NCBI GenBank assembly: GCA_031179845.1
Contig: JAPSHM010000001.1
Location: 1-57,943, forward strand
DNA length: 57,943 nt
Direction: 5' to 3'
Source of the DNA: Pedobacter sp.
Lineage (GTDB): Bacteria > Bacteroidota > Bacteroidia > Sphingobacteriales > Sphingobacteriaceae
The translations under genes and the position numbers were made by a program. The notes below the pieces were generated by a model. It made no database searches and was not told where the DNA came from. It saw nothing but the letters and a program-made list of their open reading frames with translations. Positions 18,602 to 28,635 of this stretch are shown piece by piece (the first letter of the stretch is position 1; the number at the start of each line of letters is the position of its first letter).

Positions 18602-19594
18602 GTGGAACAACCGATCATTACCGTTAAGGATTTAACTAAACAACACCAGCCGGGTCAGGCCTCAGGCGTTTCTCATGTCAGTTTTGACATCAAAAGAGGA
18701 AATGTTGTTGCTATTGTTGGTGAAAGTGGGAGCGGGAAATCTACGCTGCTAAAATGTATTTACGGTCTGTTTCAAGTAGACGAAGGAGAGGTTCTTTTTG
18801 AAAATAGCCGCATTCTAGGTCCAGATGAGCAATTGATACCTGGACATAAGCAGATGAAAATGGTTACACAGGATTTTTCTCTGAACATTTACGCTAAAGT
18901 ATACGATAATATCGCAGCTATGCTATCGAATACCGATATAACTGCTAAGCATGATAAAACGATAGAGATCATGCGGCACTTGCATATTGAGCACCTGAAA
19001 GAGAAAAAGATCACGCAGTTAAGTGGCGGAGAGCAGCAACGTGTTGCGATCGCAAGGGCCATGGTTGGCGATACCTCCGTGTTATTGCTTGATGAGCCCT
19101 TCAGTCAGGTTGATGCCCTGTTGAAAAATCAACTGCGAGCAGACATCAAAAGAATAGCAGCAGAGGTCGGTGTAACCGTTATTTTGGTGTCACATGACCC
19201 GGCAGACGGTTTGTTCCTGGCTGACGAATTGTTGATTCTAAAAGAAGGTAAGTTAATACAATCAGGAAACCCCGCCCAAGTCTACAACCATCCGAACTCC
19301 GTGTATACAGCTCAACTTTTAGGGAATGCTGTTACGTTAAAGGCGTCGGACGCCAATAAACTTGGCTTAGCGCCCGAAACCGGGACTGCTGTATTCTACC
19401 CGGAATGGGTGGAGTTGAAAAACTCCTGGAACAGCAGGCGCTTTGAAGTAAGAGACGTATACTACAAAGGCTTCTATGAGGAACTGTTACTGGAACGGAA
19501 TGGTGTGATGATCAGGGCTATACAATTAAACAGGGGTGAGCACAAAAAGCACGATCATATTCAGGCAAGCATTAGCCAATTTTTGTCGCTCTAG
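18602..19594 (+). CDS. ABC transporter ATP-binding protein (FbpC/PotA-like, no adjacent permease)
   Basis: GESGSGKST, LSGGEQQR, LLLDEPF and SHD. GTG start. Confidence 0.88.
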   Translation: MEQPIITVKDLTKQHQPGQASGVSHVSFDIKRGNVVAIVGESGSGKSTLLKCIYGLFQVDEGEVLFENSRILGPDEQLIPGHKQMKMVTQDFSLNIYAKVYDNIAAMLSNTDITAKHDKTIEIMRHLHIEHLKEKKITQLSGGEQQRVAIARAMVGDTSVLLLDEPFSQVDALLKNQLRADIKRIAAEVGVTVILVSHDPADGLFLADELLILKEGKLIQSGNPAQVYNHPNSVYTAQLLGNAVTLKASDANKLGLAPETGTAVFYPEWVELKNSWNSRRFEVRDVYYKGFYEELLLERNGVMIRAIQLNRGEHKKHDHIQASISQFLSL

Positions 19595-19699
19595 CGTAAA
19601 CGATTCAGACTGAATATTTCTTTTTTCATTTTCGTGTCATAACATTTACATATAGACTTTTTCCTGACTTTCTTACTTAAATATTCAAGAGTTGAGTAG

Positions 19700-19707
19700 T
19701 AACTTTG
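19700..19707 (+). promoter_or_regulatory. -7 promoter element
   Basis: TAACTTTG, 45 nt upstream of the 19753 start. Confidence 0.6.
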
Positions 19708-19752
19708 CCCGGCTTAATCTTTTTTAAGTACTTATATTTAAAGTAGCTGAAG

Positions 19753-22320
19753 ATGTACAAAACTCGTTCATGGTTTTTATTGAAGATTATTTTATTGTTC
19801 ATCGTTGGCTTAGCGGCTTTACCGTCTTTTGGTCAACAAACAGCTGTAAAAGGAATTGTAACTGATGCGGTTACCAAAGAAACAATTCCCTATGCTTCGT
19901 TTATGGTTATTGGCAGTGGTAAAGGTGGCCGGACGGATGCAGATGGTCGTTACAATATTGTCATAGAAGGGAATTGGACCCAATTAAGATTCAGTTATAT
20001 AGGTTATAAAAGTCAGTTTAAGACCATTAAGACCGGTATCAGCCAGGTCATCGACATCCGATTGCAAAGTGAAGCCATGCAGATGAATGAAGTTGTGATC
20101 AAAGGAGGGAAAAAGCCGGCTTACCGAAACAAGGAAAATCCTGCGGTAGAACTGATCCGTAAGGTCATTGCCAATAAGCCGAAGAACCGCATGGAAAGCT
20201 ATGACTATGTGGCTTATCAGAAATATGAACGGATGCTGTTTTCCATGAGTAACCTTTCCGAAAAATTCAAAAGCAGAAAAATATTCCGCAACTATCAGTT
20301 TCTTTTTCAGGAACAGGATTCAACAAAAATTGGAGGTAAAAATCTGCTGCCTGTGTTTCAGCAGGAAAAGCTCTCGGATAATTACTTCCGAAAGAACCCT
20401 GAGAAACTTAAAACGATAGTAATTGCCGATAAACAAGTGAACTTCGATGAACGGTTTGTCGATAATAAGGGTTTGAGTACCTATTTCGACAGGATGTATC
20501 GGGATATTGATATTTATGACAATAACATATCCGTGGTGAGTAACCTCCTGTTAAGTCCAATAGCAGATGGTGCTCCAGGGTTCTATAAATTCTTTATTAC
20601 CGATACCATTAAAACTCATAGTCCTCACCTCATCGAACTTTCTTTTACGCCAAGAAATAAAATGGACATGCTCTTTCAAGGTAAGTTGTATGTGACAATG
20701 GATGGGAACTTCGCTGTTCAAAATGCGTATCTAACGGTTAACAAGGACATCAATTTGAATTTTGTTCGAGGGTTAGAGGCCAAACTTGAATTTGAACAGA
20801 ATCCTGACCATCGTTATCACCTTAGCAAGAGTAACCTAATCGTTGATTTTGGGATCATGAAAAAGAAGGGCGCTGGCTTCACTGGAGAACGTACAGTAAC
20901 GTATAATAATTATACCATCAATCAGCCAGCGGCGGATAGCATCTATACCAATTCAACAGCATTGGTGGTTGTACCTGATGCAGTTAAACGAACAGAACAG
21001 TTCTGGGCAAGTAATCGCCCCGAGGTACTTGGGGCTGCCAATATGAACGTATATCGTAATCTGGATACCTTGCAAACTATTCCTTCTTTCAAAAGAACAA
21101 TGGATATTGTAACGTTATTCTTTGCAGGATATAAGGATTTTGGTCCTTTTGAAGTTGGCCCGGTAAACACTTTTTACAGTTTTAACAACATAGAAGGATT
21201 TCGCGGACGTTTGGGTGGTAGAACAACTCCTGCCTTAAGTAAAAGATACTACTTTGAAACTTATGCCGCCTATGGCTTTGACGACCAAAAATGGAAATAT
21301 TTTCTAAGTGGAACGTATTCATTAAACAATAAGTCGATCTATTCTTTTCCGCAAAATTTCCTTCGTGCAAGTTTTCAGCGCGACACCAAGATTCCGGGTC
21401 AGGAGTTGCAGTTCGTACAGGAAGACAACTTCCTCTTGTCGTTCAAAAGAGGAGAGAACAATATGTTATTATACAACGATTTTTACAAGTTGGACTATGT
21501 GCATGAATTTGAAAATCATTTCTCTTACACATTGGGTTTACGGAAATGGAGCCAAACTCCAGCCGGGTCTCTATATTTCAACAGTTCTGCTGAATCGCTT
21601 TTTTCAAGGACCAATCAAATCAGTACGTCTGAGGTAACTTTGAACTTGCGGTATGCTCCACATGAGAAATTCTATCAGGGTAAGCTTTACCGTACGCCAC
21701 TGATCGATAAATATCCGGTATTCAATCTGCGTTATACTGCTGGGTTGAAAGGCGTTTTAGGAGGGGAATACAATTACCACAATTTTATGGGTAGTATAGA
21801 AAAGCGATTTTATCTGTCTCAGTTAGGTTACGCGGATATCACAGTAGAAGGAGGTTATAACCTGGGCAAGTTGCCTTTCCCACTTTTGGCTATTCATCGT
21901 GCCAATCAAACTTATGCTTACCAGCTTCAGGCTTATAACCTGATGAATTTTCTTGAGTTTGTGAGTGATCATTATGCCAGTATCCATATCGATCAAAATT
22001 TCAATGGGTTCTTTTTCAATAAGATCCCTTTGCTGCGGAAATTGAAACTCAGGGAGGTGATGTCTTTAAAAGTATTATATGGCGGTCTGCGAGATGAAAA
22101 CAATCCTGCAAACAATCCTGAGGCGATGCAATTTGTGCGCAACCAGGACGGATTACCGATTACTTATGCTTTAAACGACGGACCCTATATGGAAGGAAGT
22201 GTGGGCATAGGTAACATTTTCAAGATCCTAAGAGTAGATGCCGTGAAACGGTTCCGTTACCTGAATAACCCAGAAGTTTCAAACTGGGGCATCCGGGCGA
22301 GAGTGAAGTTTGATTTCTAA
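19753..22320 (+). CDS. Outer-membrane protein with CarboxypepD_reg-like and DUF5686 domains
   Basis: VKGIVTDAVTKETIPYA..FSYIGYK, ENPAVELIRKVI, LSPIAD, NNIEGFR, PYMEGSVGIGNIFK and a terminal F. Confidence 0.8.
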   Translation: MYKTRSWFLLKIILLFIVGLAALPSFGQQTAVKGIVTDAVTKETIPYASFMVIGSGKGGRTDADGRYNIVIEGNWTQLRFSYIGYKSQFKTIKTGISQVIDIRLQSEAMQMNEVVIKGGKKPAYRNKENPAVELIRKVIANKPKNRMESYDYVAYQKYERMLFSMSNLSEKFKSRKIFRNYQFLFQEQDSTKIGGKNLLPVFQQEKLSDNYFRKNPEKLKTIVIADKQVNFDERFVDNKGLSTYFDRMYRDIDIYDNNISVVSNLLLSPIADGAPGFYKFFITDTIKTHSPHLIELSFTPRNKMDMLFQGKLYVTMDGNFAVQNAYLTVNKDINLNFVRGLEAKLEFEQNPDHRYHLSKSNLIVDFGIMKKKGAGFTGERTVTYNNYTINQPAADSIYTNSTALVVVPDAVKRTEQFWASNRPEVLGAANMNVYRNLDTLQTIPSFKRTMDIVTLFFAGYKDFGPFEVGPVNTFYSFNNIEGFRGRLGGRTTPALSKRYYFETYAAYGFDDQKWKYFLSGTYSLNNKSIYSFPQNFLRASFQRDTKIPGQELQFVQEDNFLLSFKRGENNMLLYNDFYKLDYVHEFENHFSYTLGLRKWSQTPAGSLYFNSSAESLFSRTNQISTSEVTLNLRYAPHEKFYQGKLYRTPLIDKYPVFNLRYTAGLKGVLGGEYNYHNFMGSIEKRFYLSQLGYADITVEGGYNLGKLPFPLLAIHRANQTYAYQLQAYNLMNFLEFVSDHYASIHIDQNFNGFFFNKIPLLRKLKLREVMSLKVLYGGLRDENNPANNPEAMQFVRNQDGLPITYALNDGPYMEGSVGIGNIFKILRVDAVKRFRYLNNPEVSNWGIRARVKFDF

Positions 22321-22736
22321 TCGAAAGTAACCAGTTCCGGTCCTGAGAGTTTACTAACATGGCACGAACATTTACCGCCAGCTACTTTGACTATGACCGA
22401 CTTTGTTTGATTGGTTTCTGCGGATGTTGCAGTAACTTTTAGATCATCACCTTCCTCAGAGAGACTTTCTCTATTTCCGTCATCTATGATCAGGTAACTG
22501 CCCTTCATTAAATTAGAAAATGGAGCTGAACTTGCATAAACCTTTTCTCCGGTTCTTTGGTTGATTACTTCAAAGTTTTTGACTTCGGCAGCATCGCCTT
22601 TGTTGTCTGCGAAATTTATGCTAACGGCTCTAAATTCAAGCGTGCATTCCTGAGTTCCACAATCCGTCTCGGGTGTCTTTTTTTCACAAGATAGTAAGGA
22701 ACTGAACATGAATACAGCAAGTAATATATTTTTCAT
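22317..22736 (-). CDS. Hypothetical lipoprotein (Cys-containing)
   Basis: MKNILLAVFMFSSLLSC-EKK, CGTQECT and CSCH. It has a 4-bp convergent overlap with the DUF5686 gene. Start taken as ATG 22736. Confidence 0.75.
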   Translation of the reverse strand: MKNILLAVFMFSSLLSCEKKTPETDCGTQECTLEFRAVSINFADNKGDAAEVKNFEVINQRTGEKVYASSAPFSNLMKGSYLIIDDGNRESLSEEGDDLKVTATSAETNQTKSVIVKVAGGKCSCHVSKLSGPELVTFD

Positions 22737-22837
22737 AGTTTGTTGTTTTTTAATGAAAACGAAAACAGTCACAACAACGCTACAGTTGTAATCAATTTAA
22801 GTGTGTATCCCCCTAGGATTCTGTGTTTTTATTCCGG

Positions 22838-22845
22838 TAAATTTG
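22838..22845 (+). promoter_or_regulatory. -7 promoter element for the alcohol dehydrogenase
   Basis: TAAATTTG. Confidence 0.55.
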
Positions 22846-22985
22846 CATTCCAGGATACAAAGTAGCAGCAATAAATTAAAAATATAAGCCTGCCTCTGGA
22901 TAAAGATCAGTTGGACCCTTTTCACTTAATTCAACGATCTTCGTTATTTTAATCAAAGACAAAATAAATATTAACAGATAAATTT

Positions 22986-24029
22986 ATGATACAATCAAAA
23001 GGATATGCAGCGCAAAGCCCGGAAACTGACCTTGCGCCCTGGACTTTCAACCGTCGCGCGGTAGGGCCTCGCGATGTACAATTTGACATATTATATTGTG
23101 GTGTTTGCCACTCAGATCTGCATCAGATTAAGAACGATTGGTTTCCAGGTATATTTCCAATGGTTCCTGGCCATGAGATTGTGGGCCGTGTGGTTAAAAT
23201 AGGCGATCAAGTTACTAAATTTAAAGTAGGGGATCTTGCTGGTACAGGATGTATGGTCGATTCCTGCCAGGTATGCGAAAACTGTAAGCAAGATTTGGAG
23301 CAATATTGTCTGGATGGAAATACGCAAACCTACAACGGTATGGACCGTGACGGATCTATGCCTACTTATGGCGGATATTCTGATACCATAATCGTGAGGG
23401 AAGAGTTTGTTCTCCACGTTTCAGACAAGTTGGATCTGGCTGCAGTGGCACCACTGCTTTGTGCCGGTATTACTACTTATTCTCCATTACGTCACTGGAA
23501 AGTAGGTAAAGGACATAAATTAGCTGTCTTAGGCCTTGGTGGTTTGGGACATATGGGCGTAAAGTTTGGAGCTGCTTTCGGGGCGGAAGTTACTGTATTG
23601 AGTACTTCTCCATCAAAGAAAGAAGCAGCTAAAGAATTAGGCGCGCATAATTTTGTGGTAACTTCAGGTGCTGAGCAACTGGAAGCCGTAAAAGGGAGCT
23701 TTGACTTCATTTTAGATACGGTGTCTGCTCCGCACGATTTTAACCTTTACCTTTCTTTGTTAAGAACAAATGGAACGATGATTTGCGTAGGCGTTCCGCC
23801 TGAACCTGCACAGGTTGCCGCGTTTAGTTTGCTTGGAGGACGTAAAAGTTTAGCTGGTTCTGGTATTGGTGGCATTGCCGAAACTCAGGAGATGTTGGAT
23901 TTCTGTGCAGAAAACAATATTGTTTCTGATATTGAACTTATCGATATCAAGGATGTAACATCTGCATATAAGCGGATGGAAAAGGGCGATGTCCGTTATC
24001 GCTTTGTAATTGATATGGCTACGTTATAG
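22986..24029 (+). CDS. Zn-dependent NAD(P) alcohol dehydrogenase (cinnamyl/YahK-like)
   Basis: CGVCHSD, PGHEIVG, C-x2-C-x2-C-x7-C structural Zn site, APLLCAGITTYSPL, GLGGLG and GDVRYRFVID. Confidence 0.95.
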   Translation: MIQSKGYAAQSPETDLAPWTFNRRAVGPRDVQFDILYCGVCHSDLHQIKNDWFPGIFPMVPGHEIVGRVVKIGDQVTKFKVGDLAGTGCMVDSCQVCENCKQDLEQYCLDGNTQTYNGMDRDGSMPTYGGYSDTIIVREEFVLHVSDKLDLAAVAPLLCAGITTYSPLRHWKVGKGHKLAVLGLGGLGHMGVKFGAAFGAEVTVLSTSPSKKEAAKELGAHNFVVTSGAEQLEAVKGSFDFILDTVSAPHDFNLYLSLLRTNGTMICVGVPPEPAQVAAFSLLGGRKSLAGSGIGGIAETQEMLDFCAENNIVSDIELIDIKDVTSAYKRMEKGDVRYRFVIDMATL

Positions 24030-24074
24030 CTTCATCTTAGATTCAGCACTACATTTATGTAACGCTGAACAGGA

Positions 24075-24122
24075 TCAAAATAAAAAGGCGATGTTCAATT
24101 GAACATCGCCTTTTTATTTTGA
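24075..24122. terminator. Bidirectional intrinsic terminator (48-bp perfect palindrome)
   Basis: TCAAAATAAAAAGGCGATGTTCAA|TTGAACATCGCCTTTTTATTTTGA lies between convergent genes. Confidence 0.92.
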
Positions 24123-24134
24123 ATAAGTGTAAAA

Positions 24135-24551
24135 CTAGTCTACGTACAACGAGGGAATAACTACAACTTTAGCCAAAACCGGTTTGGTTGGTCTTAAAGG
24201 TTCATCATCCTGGTTGTCGGAACTCTGTATGTCAATCGCTATTCCTCCAACAAATAATTCATAACTGTAGGCATCTACATTATATACGTAAGGTAATTGT
24301 ATATAACTATTTGATGTTAGTGGATGAGAAATGTAAACCAGGACACCTTCATCATCAACAGTTATCTCATCAATGGCGTTGTGCTTCCACTCATAGGTAT
24401 AAGTCAGACGATCTGCACTTAGTACCCATTGATTAGGTTGTATTGTGAAATTATAAGTTCTATTAGGAGTTTCCTGGATAATGGTGTCCTTCTTGCACGA
24501 TACCAAACCTAGGGTGGCTGTGCATAGGAATAAGAGGATAAATTTTTTCAT
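24135..24551 (-). CDS. Hypothetical lipoprotein
   Basis: Lipobox LVSC-KKD, GVLVY..YIQLPY and a terminal KVVVIP pattern seen in small Bacteroidota lipoproteins. Confidence 0.75.
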   Translation of the reverse strand: MKKFILLFLCTATLGLVSCKKDTIIQETPNRTYNFTIQPNQWVLSADRLTYTYEWKHNAIDEITVDDEGVLVYISHPLTSNSYIQLPYVYNVDAYSYELFVGGIAIDIQSSDNQDDEPLRPTKPVLAKVVVIPSLYVD

Positions 24552-24662
24552 GCGTTTGTGTGTTTGTATTTCCTACAGCAAATTCATTGCCACAATCTGA
24601 TATGTTTCTAATTCTGTTAACTTGTAATCATAATGTTATAACGAATAGCGGAAAAATGAATT

Positions 24663-25910
24663 TTATACCAGGTATTCAAATAAGGTCTGGTCATTGTTGA
24701 GCTCAATAATTTCGAACTTAAATTCCGCCATTCTTTGTAATAGTGAGTCATAGTCAGCACGGTCAGCCAATTCAATACCCACCAATGCAGGCCCGTTTTC
24801 CTTGTTGGTTTTTTTAATGAACTCAAACCGGGTAATGTCATCATGCGGCCCTAATACATTGTTCACAAATAGCTTCAATGCCCCTGGTCGTTGAGGGAAC
24901 CGAACTATAAAATAGTGTTTTAAGCCTTCGTACAATAAAGATTTCTCCTTGATTTCCTGCATGCGTTCAATGTCGTTGTTGCCGCCACTGATGACACAAA
25001 CTACCTTCTTTCCTTTTATTTTATCCCGGTAGGCGTCAAGTACAGCAACTGACAAAGCACCTGCCGGTTCAACAACAATCGCATCTTCATTATACAGTTT
25101 CAGTATCGTTGTACAAACTTTACCTTCCGCAACCAGTAAAATATCATCGAGTACCCTGGTACAGATCTCGTAAGTAAGCTTACCCACACACTTTACGGAA
25201 GCGCCATCAATAAACCTGTTTATTTCTGGCAGAGTGACCGGCCCGCCATGCTCAAAGGCCTTTAACATGGAAGGAGCGCCTTCCGGCTCTACACCAGCCA
25301 GAAGAATACCAGGTTTTTTACTTTTTAAATAATTTCCAACACCTGCTGATAATCCACCACCACCTACAGGCATAATAACAACCTCCACGTCTGGAAGATC
25401 TGCAAGGATTTCTACGCCAACCGTACCCTGACCCTCTATAATACTATAGTTGTCAAATGGCGGGATAAAGGTCATGTTGTGTTCCTGTGTGTACGTTAAT
25501 GCTTCCTTCAAACAATCGTCAAAAGTATCGCCAATCAGTACCAACTCTACATTCCCGTTCCCAAACATTTCAGTCTGTTTCACTTTTTGCTTTGGTGTGA
25601 TCTCCGGCATAAAAATTACACCCTTTGTGCCCAAATTATTACAAGAGAAAGCAACCCCCTGGGCATGGTTTCCTGCACTTGCGCAAACAATTCCCCTACT
25701 CAGTTCTTCTGCACTTAATTGACTGATCATATTGTATGCTCCGCGCAACTTATACGAACGTACAGTTTGCATGTCTTCCCGTTTCAGGTAGATTTCAGCT
25801 CCATATGCCTCGGATAGTTTAGCGTTGTAAATGAGGGGAGTGTTTTTCACAACAGCAGCCAAACGGTGCATTGCGGCCTCGGAGTCCAATTTTTGAGTAA
25901 AGTCAGTCAT
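24663..25910 (-). CDS. ilvA: Threonine ammonia-lyase (biosynthetic, single regulatory domain)
   Basis: KREDMQTVRSYKLRGA, ASAGNHAQG, PVGGGGL, EPAGA and FPQRPGAL. Confidence 0.97.
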   Translation of the reverse strand: MTDFTQKLDSEAAMHRLAAVVKNTPLIYNAKLSEAYGAEIYLKREDMQTVRSYKLRGAYNMISQLSAEELSRGIVCASAGNHAQGVAFSCNNLGTKGVIFMPEITPKQKVKQTEMFGNGNVELVLIGDTFDDCLKEALTYTQEHNMTFIPPFDNYSIIEGQGTVGVEILADLPDVEVVIMPVGGGGLSAGVGNYLKSKKPGILLAGVEPEGAPSMLKAFEHGGPVTLPEINRFIDGASVKCVGKLTYEICTRVLDDILLVAEGKVCTTILKLYNEDAIVVEPAGALSVAVLDAYRDKIKGKKVVCVISGGNNDIERMQEIKEKSLLYEGLKHYFIVRFPQRPGALKLFVNNVLGPHDDITRFEFIKKTNKENGPALVGIELADRADYDSLLQRMAEFKFEIIELNNDQTLFEYLV

Positions 25911-25914
25911 TTTA

Positions 25915-25953
25915 TAAAAAATAGAACCGTCACCTGAACGTCAGGTGACGGTT
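25915..25953 (-). terminator. Hairpin with U-rich tail between leuB and ilvA
   Basis: AACCGTCACCTGA-ACG-TCAGGTGACGGTT (13-bp perfect stem, 25925-25953). The minus strand continues CTATTTTTT. Confidence 0.75.
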
Positions 25954-25987
25954 TAATATACGCTCTTAACGGAGCATACAAAAATAA

Positions 25988-27046
25988 TTATATGTTTTTA
26001 GCCAGCCAATCGCCAACTTCACTTGTTTTATACGCTTTATTTTGTCCTGATAGATCTTCAGTTACGATCCCCTCTTCAAGAGATTTAGTCACTACTGATC
26101 TGATTAATTCTGCCTCTTCAGTTAATCCGAATGCATCTTCAAACATCATTGCTGCGGATAGAACTGTAGCCAATGGATTGGCGATGTCTTTACCGGCAGC
26201 TTGTGGATAAGAACCGTGGATTGGCTCAAATAAAGAAGTATGAATTCCTATGGAAGCTGAAGGCATCAGACCCATAGAACCTGAAATTACGGAAGCTTCA
26301 TCAGTCAGAATATCACCAAAAAGGTTTTCTGTGATCAATACATCGTATGAACTTGGCCATTGAACCAAACGCATGGCTACTGCGTCAACGAACTCATAGC
26401 TCACGGTAACCTCTGGATAGTCTTTTTCCATATCCTGTACAGTTTCTCTCCACAGACGTGACGATTCCAAAACATTTGCTTTATCTACGCAGCAAAGTTT
26501 TTTGCTCCGTATCATCGCCATTTCGAAACCTAACTTCGCCAAGCGCTGAATTTCTGCGCGGGTATAGGTACAAGTATCAAAAGCAGTATTTCCATCATCT
26601 TTTCTACCTCTTTCACCAAAGTAGATCCCGCCTGTTAATTCACGAAGAATGATCAGGTCTGTACCTTCTATACGTTCTCTTTTTAATGGAGAATTGTCGA
26701 TCAATGAAGGAAAAGTAAAAGTTGGGCGAACATTTGCAAATAAGCCCAATTTCTGACGCATTTTAAGTAAACCTTGTTCTGGTCGTACTGTCGCTTTTGG
26801 ATCATTGTCATAGCGAGGGTGACCGATCGCACCAAAAAGCACTGCATCTGCCGCCATGCAAATTTCATGAGTCGAATCCGGGTACGGTTCGCCAACGGCG
26901 TCTATCGCAGCAGCACCGGTAAGTGCAGCTGTCCAAACAATTTCATGGTTAAATTTCTTTGCTACGGCATTTGATACTTTAACCGCCTGGTCGATAACTT
27001 CCGGGCCAATTCCATCTCCTGCTAACAGCGCAATATTGAGTTTCAT
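25988..27046 (-). CDS. leuB: 3-isopropylmalate dehydrogenase
   Basis: GDGIGPEV, RELTGGIYFG, DKANVL, NLFGDILTDEA and EPIHGSYP. Confidence 0.97.
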   Translation of the reverse strand: MKLNIALLAGDGIGPEVIDQAVKVSNAVAKKFNHEIVWTAALTGAAAIDAVGEPYPDSTHEICMAADAVLFGAIGHPRYDNDPKATVRPEQGLLKMRQKLGLFANVRPTFTFPSLIDNSPLKRERIEGTDLIILRELTGGIYFGERGRKDDGNTAFDTCTYTRAEIQRLAKLGFEMAMIRSKKLCCVDKANVLESSRLWRETVQDMEKDYPEVTVSYEFVDAVAMRLVQWPSSYDVLITENLFGDILTDEASVISGSMGLMPSASIGIHTSLFEPIHGSYPQAAGKDIANPLATVLSAAMMFEDAFGLTEEAELIRSVVTKSLEEGIVTEDLSGQNKAYKTSEVGDWLAKNI

Positions 27047-27099
27047 ATGTTTTTGTATTGTGGTTTAAAAATTGTTTATATGGTTGTTGCTGTCCAGTT

Positions 27100-28617
27100 T
27101 TAAATGATATTCAGCATCTTCTGTGTCGCCTTTATTGCACACACAGTTTGGTCGGAATCAAGTCCCCTGGTCACAAATACTTTTTGATCCGTTTCCCAGG
27201 TAATGATGGTTTCGCAAAGCGCATCAGAATTACTTCCTGGAGCAATTCTTACGGCATAGTCGATCAGCTTTGGCAGCTTTTTCTCTTGCTTGCAATATAC
27301 TTTAATAAGTGCATTCATAAAAGCATCGAATTGTCCGTCGCCTTGCGCATTCTCTTCATATATCTCACCGTCAATCATGACTGAGATCGTTGCCGATGGA
27401 CGTAAGCCCATAGAGTTCATTAAGACATACGATTGTACGATGACGCGTTCCTCATACAGACTGCTGTCTAAAACGTCGGAAATGATGTACGGAAGATCTT
27501 CCTTAGTTACCGTTTCTTTTTTGTCTCCGAGCTCAATAACACGTTGTGTCACCTTCTTGAGGTCTGCATCATTCAACTTCAATCCCAATTCCTGCAGGTT
27601 TTTTTCGATATTCGCTTTCCCGGATGTTTTACCCAGCGCATAGCTGCGTTTACGTCCAAAGCGCTCAGGAAGCAGGTCATTGAAATATAAGTTGTTCTTA
27701 TTGTCCCCGTCTGCATGGATACCTGCAGTCTGGGTGAAAACATGGTCCCCGACAATAGGTTTGTTTGAGGGGATCCTGACTCCTGAAAATGTTTCTACCA
27801 GCTTGCTGACCTTGTAGATAGACGATTCTTTGATCTGTACTTCCACTTCTGGTGCAAAATCCTTAATGACAGCTACAGCGCTAGCCATGGCCGCATTTCC
27901 AGCCCTTTCACCCATACCGTTCACCGTTAAATGCAAACCGCTGATCCCTGCTTTCACTGCCTCCAGTACATTTGCCGTTCCCAGGTCATAATCATTATGT
28001 GCATGGAAATCGAAATGTGTATCCGGATATTTTGATTGCAGATCGGATACAAATTTAAAAGTTTCTGTAGGCGTTAACACACCAAGCGTGTCGGGCAGTA
28101 AGATCCTTTTGACCGATTGCGTAGACAAAAAGTCTAAAAATTGAAAAACATACTCAGCTGAGTTGCGCATGCCGTTGCTCCAATCTTCCAGGTAGACATT
28201 TGTGGCAATACCATTGCTTTCGGCCAGGTCGATCACGTGCTTGATCTCCGCAAAATGTTGTTCAGGCGTTTTCTTCAACTGATGGGTCAAATGGTTTAAA
28301 GACCCTTTGGTCAGCAAATTTTGTACTTTAACTCCGGCGTTCAGCATCCAGTCTATGGAAACCCCATTGTCTACGAAAGACAATACTTCAATACGGTCTG
28401 TATATCCATTGGTTTCTGCCCAGCTCATGATTGCTTTTACTGCCTGAAATTCTCCTTCAGATACGCGTGCAGAGGCAATTTCTACCCTGTCCACATAGAG
28501 TTCTTCCAATAATAGCTGGGTAATGGTTAACTTTTCTGATATGGAAAAGGACACTCCTGATGTTTGTTCACCATCGCGGAGTGTCGTATCCATGATCTCA
28601 ATTTTCCTTCTTTGCAT
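27100..28617 (-). CDS. cimA: Citramalate synthase (LeuA family with regulatory domain)
   Basis: [36 protein letters not shown] and TQTAGIHADG, typical of Leptospira/Bacteroidota CimA. Confidence 0.85.
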   Translation of the reverse strand: MQRRKIEIMDTTLRDGEQTSGVSFSISEKLTITQLLLEELYVDRVEIASARVSEGEFQAVKAIMSWAETNGYTDRIEVLSFVDNGVSIDWMLNAGVKVQNLLTKGSLNHLTHQLKKTPEQHFAEIKHVIDLAESNGIATNVYLEDWSNGMRNSAEYVFQFLDFLSTQSVKRILLPDTLGVLTPTETFKFVSDLQSKYPDTHFDFHAHNDYDLGTANVLEAVKAGISGLHLTVNGMGERAGNAAMASAVAVIKDFAPEVEVQIKESSIYKVSKLVETFSGVRIPSNKPIVGDHVFTQTAGIHADGDNKNNLYFNDLLPERFGRKRSYALGKTSGKANIEKNLQELGLKLNDADLKKVTQRVIELGDKKETVTKEDLPYIISDVLDSSLYEERVIVQSYVLMNSMGLRPSATISVMIDGEIYEENAQGDGQFDAFMNALIKVYCKQEKKLPKLIDYAVRIAPGSNSDALCETIITWETDQKVFVTRGLDSDQTVCAIKATQKMLNII

Positions 28618-28635
28618 CTGCTGATTCTTGGTTGA

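Noticed and set aside
18602-19594. FbpC-like ATPase as part of the heme system
   Set aside because: No permease, binding protein or Fur-like box is adjacent, so the sequence does not support a link.
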